Source: Candidatus Nomurabacteria bacterium (GTDB lineage Bacteria; Patescibacteriota; Minisyncoccia; Phycocordibacterales; UBA9973). From it: 54,700 nucleotides of DNA. The position numbers and the translations under genes were made by a program. Numbering within the stretch: the stretch's first letter is position 1; each line of letters begins with the position of its first letter. The stretch lies in contig JAPLXV010000021.1 in NCBI GenBank assembly GCA_026395895.1, forward strand, positions 1 through 54,700, given 5' to 3'. The notes beneath the pieces were generated by a model. That model ran no database searches. It was given only the letters and a program-made list of their open reading frames with translations, and had not been told where the DNA came from. This document shows positions 20,977 to 28,751 of this stretch, in pieces.

Positions 20977-21264
20977 TTATTGTAGTTGTTGGAATGATTT
21001 TAAAAAATTAACAAATATTTTACCGTATGGAGATAAAGTATGTTCAACAAATTTACCTTTATATTTTTTATTAATCAATCCTGCTTGATTGAGTCTTCGA
21101 GTATGTTCCCCTATTGTTTTCGGATTTGCATTAAGTGTCTCAATAATACCATCAAGAGTTATCCCGTCTTCTTTAGCCACAAGAAGCAATATCTCAATAC
21201 GATGGTGATTTGCCATACCTTTGAGATGTCGTTCCATTTGTTTTGCTGTCTTAATTTTTCTCAT
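20977..21264 (-). CDS. ArsR-like winged helix-turn-helix protein
   Basis: LKGMAN..RIEILLL, EHTRRL..AGLI..Y.G..V...LS; start MRKIK 6 nt after TATAAT. Confidence 0.8.
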   Translation of the reverse strand: MRKIKTAKQMERHLKGMANHHRIEILLLVAKEDGITLDGIIETLNANPKTIGEHTRRLNQAGLINKKYKGKFVEHTLSPYGKIFVNFLKSFQQLQ

Positions 21265-21279
21265 ATTTATATTATACAC

Positions 21280-21313
21280 AATACCCCTACAAACTCCAGT
21301 TTGTAGGGGTATT
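21280..21313. repeat. Palindrome copy 2 of 3
   Basis: AATACCCCTACAAACT-CC-AGTTTGTAGGGGTATT, perfect 16-bp arms. Confidence 0.9.
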
Positions 21314-21336
21314 ATTTATTTTATTTCGATGATAAT

Positions 21337-21374
21337 AAGACATCCTTACAAACTGGAGTTTGTAAGGATGTCTT
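21337..21374. repeat. Palindrome copy 3 of 3 (inverted)
   Basis: AAGACATCCTTACAAACT-GG-AGTTTGTAAGGATGTCTT, perfect 18-bp arms. Confidence 0.9.
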
Positions 21375-21407
21375 TGAGAGAGATTATTAAAATGATTCGG
21401 TGGTGAA

Positions 21408-21665
21408 TTATGAAAGATGCTTGGAAACAAGTTTCGTCATTTCAAACATATTTACTACGCTTTTACCACCAAACACTTTCTTTAATGCAGCATCAGCATT
21501 GATATTACGCTTATTCTTTGGATCTTGAAGATTGTTCTTCTTGATATATACCCACAATGCTTTTACCACCTCAGATCTAGGCATAGGACCCTTGCCTACT
21601 ACTTCTGCCAACTCAGCGCTTATAATCATTGGCTTCATAAATGCGGAAACTTTTTTATCTGCCAT
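21408..21665 (-). CDS. SWIB/MDM2 domain protein
   Basis: MADKKVSAFMKP..ELAEVVG..RSEVVKALWVYIKKNNLQDP.NKR.I..D; start likely 21665. Confidence 0.9.
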   Translation of the reverse strand: MADKKVSAFMKPMIISAELAEVVGKGPMPRSEVVKALWVYIKKNNLQDPKNKRNINADAALKKVFGGKSVVNMFEMTKLVSKHLS

Positions 21666-21686
21666 ATATTTTTCTTGTTTTGTTAA

Positions 21687-21720
21687 TTTCAGCCATAAGC
21701 TGATCCGCCTCTGGCGGAAA
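21687..21720. repeat. Twin-hairpin REP-like element
   Basis: tcagc-cataa-gctga adjacent to tccgcc-tct-ggcgga. Confidence 0.6.
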
Positions 21721-21800
21721 TTTATAATGTATCTATTATAGCACATATTGCCGAATCTTTCTCCCTTTTCTCGTATTTTTAGATCCAAACTTTAACCTTA

Positions 21801-22094
21801 TTATTGTTTGATTCTAAATGGTCGCTTATTAACTTCTTTAAGAATTTTAAGCGTTGCTTGTACTGAAAGATTATCACTAGGTAATAAAACCAAGCGATCA
21901 CCAAGGAGATTAAGTAGTGGGCTTAAAAATTCATCAGACCAAGAAGGTGATAATGTTAATACGTCAGAAAAATCTATTTCAAGCTCTTCGTTCTTTGAAA
22001 ACTCACGTAGAGTGGGTTGAAATGCCTTTAGAGCCTCACTGCCTAATTCCCGAGATATTAATGTTTTGCCAAATTTTCCTAATTGTAATTTCAT
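21801..22094 (-). CDS. STAS-like (DUF4325-type) protein
   Basis: L.SRELG, IDFSDV..LSPSWSDEF with a phospho-acceptor-like Ser. Confidence 0.75.
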   Translation of the reverse strand: MKLQLGKFGKTLISRELGSEALKAFQPTLREFSKNEELEIDFSDVLTLSPSWSDEFLSPLLNLLGDRLVLLPSDNLSVQATLKILKEVNKRPFRIKQ

Positions 22095-22114
22095 ATTTTT
22101 TACTAGTTAATATT

Positions 22115-22834
22115 TCAAAATTCTATTTTTGCTAAACATCCTCGCACAATACGCTGACCACGCGTAACACGAAATGCTTTATCAGAACCTTTCATACGTA
22201 CTTCAGCATCACCAGTAGTATAAAATAAATCAATTGGATTTTCAGTAATTACCTCTCGAACGAGTTTAAGCCCATTTCCTCGTTTTTCTGGTGCCCTGCC
22301 AGAAATAAATTCAGTAAAAGCAACTGTTACTGCAGCAACATGGTTTGAAAGTTCTGGCCGAACCTGACGTAATGTTTCTAAAATACCTAATCCTCTATCG
22401 GCAAGTATAATAATTCTTTTTTCTAAATTATAACCAAAAAAGATTCCTATTGTATCAGGCCATTTTCCTATATTATGAGCAAATGAATTATCGCCAATTT
22501 CTCCAGTAACGAGAACAATCAAAGAATATAATTTTTCAAATCCTGGCTGTTGCATTAGCGCATACTCCATTTTAGTCAATCTTGCATTAAAAATTGAGCT
22601 TGTTGAACAATAAAATGTGCTAGGAAATTCAACACCATCTTCTATCCATTCGGAAGCAAATTTCATTATATCACTGGTAAAAATTTCTAAATCTTTTTCA
22701 CGATAATATCGATGAGTTCCACCATCTTTTTTAATAGCAATTAATTTACCACTTTCATCCCAACGACGTAATGTGTTCAAAGAAACCCCAAGATATTCAG
22801 CTGCTTGGCTAATTGTTAATAATTTTTCATCCAT
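22115..22834 (-). CDS. MerR/Xis-like HTH fused to a histidine-kinase-like ATPase
   Basis: LTISQAAEYLGVSLNTLRRWD..G.HRYY; GHKL boxes EIGDNSFAH, DRGLGI, RGNGL. Confidence 0.8.
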   Translation of the reverse strand: MDEKLLTISQAAEYLGVSLNTLRRWDESGKLIAIKKDGGTHRYYREKDLEIFTSDIMKFASEWIEDGVEFPSTFYCSTSSIFNARLTKMEYALMQQPGFEKLYSLIVLVTGEIGDNSFAHNIGKWPDTIGIFFGYNLEKRIIILADRGLGILETLRQVRPELSNHVAAVTVAFTEFISGRAPEKRGNGLKLVREVITENPIDLFYTTGDAEVRMKGSDKAFRVTRGQRIVRGCLAKIEF

Positions 22835-22856
22835 ATTTATATAATATCATATTATC

Positions 22857-22906
22857 TAAATCTACACAAATAACCATTAAATCTACCCAAAAATACATAA
22901 ATCTAC
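22857..22906. promoter_or_regulatory. Three phased direct repeats TAAATCTAC (putative operator)
   Basis: Copies at 22857, 22878 and 22898, just upstream of the -10 (22841-22846) of the MerR-ATPase gene. Confidence 0.6.
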
Positions 22907-23018
22907 TCATTTATCGTCCATAACTGTACATTTTACTATTTATTGTCAAGTAAAACGTAAATTTGAGGTAAAAATAGACTATATTTACGTTAAATTACAT
23001 TAAACAATTTCTGAGTCA

Positions 23019-25046
23019 TTAAAACCAAATCTCATTTTTATCTAAAACCCTAACAACTACCCCCTGCATTCTAACTTCTTCGTTTGTTTTAAACTTTAAT
23101 GGTTTATGTTCCGAGTTACTAGAGTTGGGTTTTAAAACTAAGTAACCATTTTCTCTACGATATTCCTTTATTGTAGCATCATCGCCAATAAGTGCTACTA
23201 CCTTTTTCCCTTCTTCTGGACGGTAATTTTTCACACATAAAACTAGGTCTCCATCATTAATTCCAGCTTTATTCATAGAATCCCCTTTCGTCCTCAAAAC
23301 AAAATATTTTGATCCTTTTGACATATAATCTTTTCTAACTGAAATCATTTCTTGAACTGTCGGATCAGCATACATTAACTCTCCACAACCAACTGATTCA
23401 AACAACGGAACGCTAACCATTTCAAATTTATCAGCATATGGCGACCTAACCAGACTAATTATTTTTTCTTCTTTCTCTTTATTGTTTATTTTATTTTTAA
23501 AGTATTCTGCAAGTTTTTTATCTACTGCATAAATAAAAGTCCCTTTTATACCTCTCGTCAAAAGAGTTTTATATATATTTATAATATATCTTTCTAATTC
23601 CAAGGGATCAGTAATACCCCTCCAGCCATTCGTATCCATGTAATTATCTGAGTTTATAATTAATTTATTATTTTCTTCATCATATGAGAGTTCTGGTCCA
23701 ATAATTACACCAACATAATTTAAGTCATATCCCTGCACCGTGTGAATACAACCAACCTCATTTATTGCATTTTTCGAATTTACCCAATCTTGATTTGTAC
23801 TATTCCAAAACAATTTCAAACCATCAATTTCAATATCATGGATATTCGGATTATTTTTGCTTTTCCATTCCCACGCATATCCAGCAACTATTCTACAAAG
23901 CTTTAATTCCAAATCTTTTTTCTTTATATCGTCTACCATTTTATGTATATCTTCATAAAACCTTAAATCATAGTTCGGAAAACTGTATTTACTTAAATTT
24001 TTTAAATCAAACAAATCATCAATAAAATTAATATATTCTTCGCCAGCACTTATTCTTTGTTGGCTAGTTAAATCATAATGAACAGCATTCATTTGAGTAA
24101 ACTTTCTAGGTCTTACATCGGCTGGTTTAATTGTCTGATTTTTATCATAAAAAAATATTTGATGCTTAGATGATTTTAAAATCCAATCCAACTCAGTTCC
24201 AGAATTATCAAGATCTAATTTTTTATTTGTTATATCAAAAGACTGATAATTAGCTATATTTTTTCTTTGTTTTAATCTATGTGCTTCATCAACGATCAAA
24301 ATATCATAATTTTTATTTACAACTTCATTTGGACCAATCACCATACTTGTTTTTAGCCCTTTTACTTGAGAAAAAACTTTTCTTATTGTTTTCCTAAGAG
24401 ATGTCATGGGTACAACCAAAGCTATCTCAAGATTTTTTGTTTCTTCTTTTTCTTTTAAAAATTTGGCCAAATACACCGCTAATATCGTTTTTCCTGTTCC
24501 TGGTTTACCATTTACTACAAAAGTTTTTTCTTTATTCTCTTTTATATCTTTAAATATACTTCTGGCAACAATTATTTGATCTTCTGTAAGGGATTTATAC
24601 GGTGAATATTTAAATAAATCACTATTCTTTATTTGTACCAAATCTTTTTTTACGAGAGACATTTCCTGTAACTTTTGCCAAATAGTTTCAAACTTTGCTT
24701 GATATTTTTGTCTATCATAATAATTATGATTCAATAAACCTTGGTTCCCATTTTGTAATACAAAAGAACCTTCAGCAGACATATATTGGATAAGGGAAGA
24801 TTCAATGTCCAATGTAGCTGACTTGTTGTATTCTTCATCGCTAATTATATGTATCCTTTTTAACTTTTTTCTTTCTGGGTTTTCGTAATGCTGATTACTT
24901 CTACCATAAATATTAACTGTTTCTCCAATATATATTTCTCTGCCATCTTCAATAAGATAAACAACTGGCCAATTAATACCAAAATGATATGACCTCATCT
25001 GATCAAATTCCTTCTTATCAAACAATAAGGTCTTTATCTCAGCCAT
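23019..25046 (-). CDS. GIY-YIG nuclease / DUF2075 (Schlafen-like SF1 helicase) / S24 LexA-type peptidase fusion
   Basis: VVY..IYIGET..R..H; GKPGTGKT; VDEAH; HTVQGYDL; LLTRG; C-terminal VPL..VGCG, GDSM, GD.V, ATIK. Confidence 0.85.
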   Translation of the reverse strand: MAEIKTLLFDKKEFDQMRSYHFGINWPVVYLIEDGREIYIGETVNIYGRSNQHYENPERKKLKRIHIISDEEYNKSATLDIESSLIQYMSAEGSFVLQNGNQGLLNHNYYDRQKYQAKFETIWQKLQEMSLVKKDLVQIKNSDLFKYSPYKSLTEDQIIVARSIFKDIKENKEKTFVVNGKPGTGKTILAVYLAKFLKEKEETKNLEIALVVPMTSLRKTIRKVFSQVKGLKTSMVIGPNEVVNKNYDILIVDEAHRLKQRKNIANYQSFDITNKKLDLDNSGTELDWILKSSKHQIFFYDKNQTIKPADVRPRKFTQMNAVHYDLTSQQRISAGEEYINFIDDLFDLKNLSKYSFPNYDLRFYEDIHKMVDDIKKKDLELKLCRIVAGYAWEWKSKNNPNIHDIEIDGLKLFWNSTNQDWVNSKNAINEVGCIHTVQGYDLNYVGVIIGPELSYDEENNKLIINSDNYMDTNGWRGITDPLELERYIINIYKTLLTRGIKGTFIYAVDKKLAEYFKNKINNKEKEEKIISLVRSPYADKFEMVSVPLFESVGCGELMYADPTVQEMISVRKDYMSKGSKYFVLRTKGDSMNKAGINDGDLVLCVKNYRPEEGKKVVALIGDDATIKEYRRENGYLVLKPNSSNSEHKPLKFKTNEEVRMQGVVVRVLDKNEIWF

Positions 25047-25048
25047 AA

Positions 25049-25396
25049 TTATAATTTATTATATTTAGTATGTTTCCCTTTTGCTTTTTTTACTGGATAT
25101 TTTTTAGCATTCTTTTTTATTTTTTTATCTAAAGCATCTAAAATATCAATTTTCAAATCATGACTCATTAATAATATCCAATAAAAAACATCAGCTAGTT
25201 CTTCGCCAATATGCTCTTTGTGAGTTTTTATATATTCTTCAACTTCTTCTTTTGATTTCCATTGAAAATGTTCTAAAACCTCAGCAGCTTCTAGAGATAA
25301 AGAAATTGCTAAATCTTTTGCATTATGAAACTGTTTCCAGTTTCGTGCATCTCGAAACGCTAGTATTTTTTTAGTCAATTTTTTTGTATCTATCAT
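25049..25396 (-). CDS. MazG-like nucleotide pyrophosphohydrolase
   Basis: FRDARNWKQFH..KDLAISLSLEAAEVLEHFQW, EELADV, K...N..KYP. Confidence 0.9.
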   Translation of the reverse strand: MIDTKKLTKKILAFRDARNWKQFHNAKDLAISLSLEAAEVLEHFQWKSKEEVEEYIKTHKEHIGEELADVFYWILLMSHDLKIDILDALDKKIKKNAKKYPVKKAKGKHTKYNKL

Positions 25397-25445
25397 AAAC
25401 TTATTTCTCTAACTTTTTGTACAAAGTCCCAGTTATTATTAAAAT

Positions 25446-26207
25446 TTACAATCCACTTAATTGACTATTTAGCTCGCGTTCGAGTGTCGCAGAAAAATCT
25501 CTTATAATCCCTTGTTGATCAATCGGTAAAAATGCACTAAGCTCATTTTTAAAATTTATTTGTTTTGCCTCCGCAATAATAATGTCTTTAATCGGACCAA
25601 GTTTTTTCTTTTGTTCAATAGAAAGCATTCCTTTGCGCATTATAATATAAAGATCATAAAAATCACGTGGTTTTTTGCGTTCAAGTAATGCACCAAAAAT
25701 TTTTTCATCAATTAATTCATTTTGTGGCAAGTGAGTAATTGTATATGTAGGCGCAAAATTATTTGAAATACTATCAACTTCACCTTTTATAATCACATCA
25801 CTTCGTGTCGAAATGTTTATCTCTACACCAATTGGTTGATAATCAAACATTTGAAATGTAGCAATTCCCAAATAACCGCCACTTGTCGCACCAAATCTAT
25901 CTCCAAGCTTAACTTTTATTCCCATTTTTTCTATTTCGGAAAGTGTTTTTAAAAACAACTCCTCAATAAATGATTTAACTTCATGCGGAACAACACCAAA
26001 AAGAGAAAAATCTAAATCTTCAGAAAAACGCGGGCTGCCATAAACAATACGAAGTGCAGTGCCTCCTTTAAAAAGTAATTTTTCAGAATTTGGTAATTTA
26101 TATAACTCTCCCAAAAAAATATGTTGAAAATATTCTCGAACTACATTCGGAAATATTCCCATTTGATATTGCCTGCTCAATTTTTCGAGTGTTTCTATAG
26201 ATATCAT
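25446..26207 (-). CDS. AbiEii-family nucleotidyltransferase toxin (type IV TA)
   Basis: FKGGTALR..RFSEDLDFS, K..A...R..PRDFYD. Confidence 0.9.
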   Translation of the reverse strand: MISIETLEKLSRQYQMGIFPNVVREYFQHIFLGELYKLPNSEKLLFKGGTALRIVYGSPRFSEDLDFSLFGVVPHEVKSFIEELFLKTLSEIEKMGIKVKLGDRFGATSGGYLGIATFQMFDYQPIGVEINISTRSDVIIKGEVDSISNNFAPTYTITHLPQNELIDEKIFGALLERKKPRDFYDLYIIMRKGMLSIEQKKKLGPIKDIIIAEAKQINFKNELSAFLPIDQQGIIRDFSATLERELNSQLSGL

Positions 26208-26803
26208 TGTAGCGTTGTTGTTATTATGCTTAAAAGTTTTTTATTACCAAATAGTGAAGCATATTTTTTCGCCCTAATGGGATTAATTTTTTCTTTATTG
26301 AAACGAGAAATCGGTTTTTGCCCATTCATCAATCTTAAATAATTTGTATCTACAAAAGCTTTTTCAGCATCAGCAATATTAAAACTGAGATTCTTTTGTT
26401 TTTGAATTTCATACCCAGTATAAGCAATTTTTTTAATTTTACGATAAGAAAAAATTTTTCCTAACGCTTCAAATCTACGTGTGGCTTTAGTAGTTACTGA
26501 AGTAATTTCATAAACCGTTTCTGGAATAACTCCATGGTATGAAAGCGCAAATTCAAGAGAAATATAAGATGGAGTGTAAAGTTTGCTAGCAACATAAACA
26601 TCGGGAGGCAAAATATCTGGAAAAGAATAAAATCCTTTCTTAAGTTGCACTACAAATCCTTGTTTTTTATACCTATGAAGTAGCGCGGATGCAGCAACAG
26701 AAGAAACTCCAAAAAGGGAGCGAATATCACTTGCGTTGAATATATATAACTTTTTACCCTTTATTTTTAAAGCAAAAAGTGTCTGATTCACCAATTTGAC
26801 CAT
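26204..26803 (-). CDS. AbiEi-family antitoxin
   Basis: N-terminal wHTH (LKKG.Y), SYISLEFALSYHG.IPE, A..EKA..D; 4-nt overlap with toxin. Confidence 0.85.
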   Translation of the reverse strand: MVKLVNQTLFALKIKGKKLYIFNASDIRSLFGVSSVAASALLHRYKKQGFVVQLKKGFYSFPDILPPDVYVASKLYTPSYISLEFALSYHGVIPETVYEITSVTTKATRRFEALGKIFSYRKIKKIAYTGYEIQKQKNLSFNIADAEKAFVDTNYLRLMNGQKPISRFNKEKINPIRAKKYASLFGNKKLLSIITTTLQ

Positions 26804-26809
26804 ATTGTC

Positions 26810-26838
26810 AATTTACCAAAACATGATGGAATTGTCAA
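26810..26838 (-). promoter_or_regulatory. Promoter of the abiE operon (leaderless)
   Basis: TTGACA-17 nt-TAAATT (TGn extended), ATG 6 nt downstream; inverted repeat ttgac-aatatg-gtcaa overlaps the start. Confidence 0.6.
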
Positions 26839-26950
26839 TTATCAATTGTTAATAACCTATCTTACTATATTCTTATTTCTCCAATTTCTTATATAAACAT
26901 TTTTTATTAAAACCAATAGATCGATTAGAAACACACTAATTATACCATTT

Positions 26951-27175
26951 TTAGTCCTCCACCACCAAAAGCTTGCTTGGGCTACGATGTCCATTTATAA
27001 TTCTAACCTTGGATAAAGGAATTTTAAAATGCAGAGCAAAAAGTTCCAATACTCGCTTATTGGCCAAATTATGTTCCGCTTTTTCTTTTACCGAAACTTC
27101 AAAATGATCTCCTGATTTTTGTTTCAAAAATTCTTTTTTCGCTCCAGCCGTGACCTTCACATGTATATAACGCAT
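26951..27175 (-). CDS. DUF167 (YggU-like) protein
   Basis: VKV.AGAK.E, V.E.A....AN, I..G..S..K. Confidence 0.8.
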   Translation of the reverse strand: MRYIHVKVTAGAKKEFLKQKSGDHFEVSVKEKAEHNLANKRVLELFALHFKIPLSKVRIINGHRSPSKLLVVED

Positions 27176-27233
27176 TATTCAGGATTATATCATTTTATTA
27201 TAAAAAATGGATGAAATATGCTAAATTAGATAA

Positions 27234-28454
27234 ATGCAGGAAAAAGTCAAAAATAAATTCAATTTTTCGCCAAAAATTATCATACTTTCTACGGTCTTTT
27301 TGGATGTGCTTGGTATAGGATTGATTGTACCAATACTTCCCTATTATGTGGAATCTTTTAACGTGCCAGATATTGTGGTCACTTTGCTTTTCGCTGTATT
27401 TTCTTTGTGCGCATTTTTTAGCGCGCCAATATTGGGAATGATTTCTGATAGAAAAGGACGTAGACCAGTGTTGTTGGTCAGTTTAGCATCAAGCGCTATT
27501 GGCTGGTTGGTTTTTGCTTTTTCCAGAACAATTTGGGGACTTTTCTTGGGAAGAATAATCGACGGATCGGCGGCCGGAAATATTTCTACCGCCCAAAATT
27601 ATCTTGTGGATATTTCTAAAGATCCAAAAGAACGAACGCACAATTTGAGTTTGATTGGAGCCATTTTTGGAATAGCTTTTATCGTTGGTCCACTCGTCGG
27701 CGGAGTACTTTCTAGCATCAGTATGAAAATGCCTTTTATTGTTGTCGGTATTTTAGCAACCATAAATACTGTGCTCGCTTATTTCTTTTTGCCGGAAACA
27801 AATCACAACCGAAATACCGGAAAAATTTCCTTAAATCCTTTCTCGCCAATTATTAAAGCTCTCAAAAGTAAAAATATTTTGCCACTTTATCTAGCGTGGC
27901 TTTTCTTTGGTATTGCCGTATCGCTGAACCAATCCATTTTCGCTTTATATATTACAAAAGTATTTTCTTGGACAGTGGTCGCCGCTGGTTTTATTATGGC
28001 CTTCATGGGAGTAATCATTTCTTTGAATCAAGCTTTCTTCCTTCGTAAAGTGTGGCTGAAATATTTTAAAGAATCCGTGCTCATGATATGGCTCTGGCTT
28101 CCTTTCGCTTTCGGATATTTAGTGATGGCTTTGCCTTTCAAAGTAGCTTTCATTTTGGGGCTCGTCATCACCGCCTTCGGACAATCCACTATGCGTGTGG
28201 TCATGAATAGTCAGATTATTGGTTTCTCCGATAAAAAAGAACAAGGCGAAATGATGGGAATACTCGCTTCGATAATGTCTCTCTCCATGATCTTGGGCCC
28301 ACTCATCGGCGGAGCTATTTATACTATCGGTGCTGCTTTACCATATGCGCTCGCTGGAGTGATTTTATTTGTCACATTTATTTTCGTCTTCAAAACTTAC
28401 AAACACGTCGCGCCAAAAGAACACGTCGACATCGAGCCGGTGGAAACTTTATAA
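27234..28454 (+). CDS. MFS transporter (TetA/DHA1-like)
   Basis: D.LGIGLI.P.LP, motif A G.ISDRKGRRP, G.AFI.GP..GG, LPET. Confidence 0.9.
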   Translation: MQEKVKNKFNFSPKIIILSTVFLDVLGIGLIVPILPYYVESFNVPDIVVTLLFAVFSLCAFFSAPILGMISDRKGRRPVLLVSLASSAIGWLVFAFSRTIWGLFLGRIIDGSAAGNISTAQNYLVDISKDPKERTHNLSLIGAIFGIAFIVGPLVGGVLSSISMKMPFIVVGILATINTVLAYFFLPETNHNRNTGKISLNPFSPIIKALKSKNILPLYLAWLFFGIAVSLNQSIFALYITKVFSWTVVAAGFIMAFMGVIISLNQAFFLRKVWLKYFKESVLMIWLWLPFAFGYLVMALPFKVAFILGLVITAFGQSTMRVVMNSQIIGFSDKKEQGEMMGILASIMSLSMILGPLIGGAIYTIGAALPYALAGVILFVTFIFVFKTYKHVAPKEHVDIEPVETL

Positions 28455-28464
28455 AAAGTCGCAC

Positions 28465-28722
28465 TATTTCACAGAAATAATCCTTTTTTCGGGTCCTCGG
28501 TTCCCCGGGGCCACGAACCCCGGCCAGACCAGCTCAAAAAAGACAATTTCTGAGAAATATTATAAAAACTCGCCGAGAGCACACTTTTTAGAAAACATTG
28601 CGCAGGAGTTTAGAAAATAAAAATGGTACTCCATTTATTATTTTCTTGAACGACGAGCATAGCAATTCACAAGCTTGTGAATATGCGTGTTTTATAAAAA
28701 GTTGTGCTAAGAAAGAGTTTTT
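28465..28722. repeat. Two adjacent branched hairpin elements (28465-28559, 28564-28722)
   Basis: Nested imperfect inverted repeats, e.g. ccgggg/ccccgg, aaaaactc/gagttttt, attcacaagcttgtgaat. Confidence 0.55.
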
Positions 28723-28751
28723 AATTTAAAAATATTGATTCTTGAGGTTTT

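Noticed and set aside
20946..21374. CRISPR array from the three palindromes
   Set aside because: Irregular spacing, one copy inverted, a gene lies between copies, no cas genes.
21666..21788. N-terminal extension of the SWIB ORF
   Set aside because: Runs through a promoter-like TGCTATAAT and a hairpin repeat; the domain begins at 21665.
28465..28559. tRNA or SRP RNA
   Set aside because: GC-rich core, but no tRNA arm spacing or SRP conserved loop recognisable.
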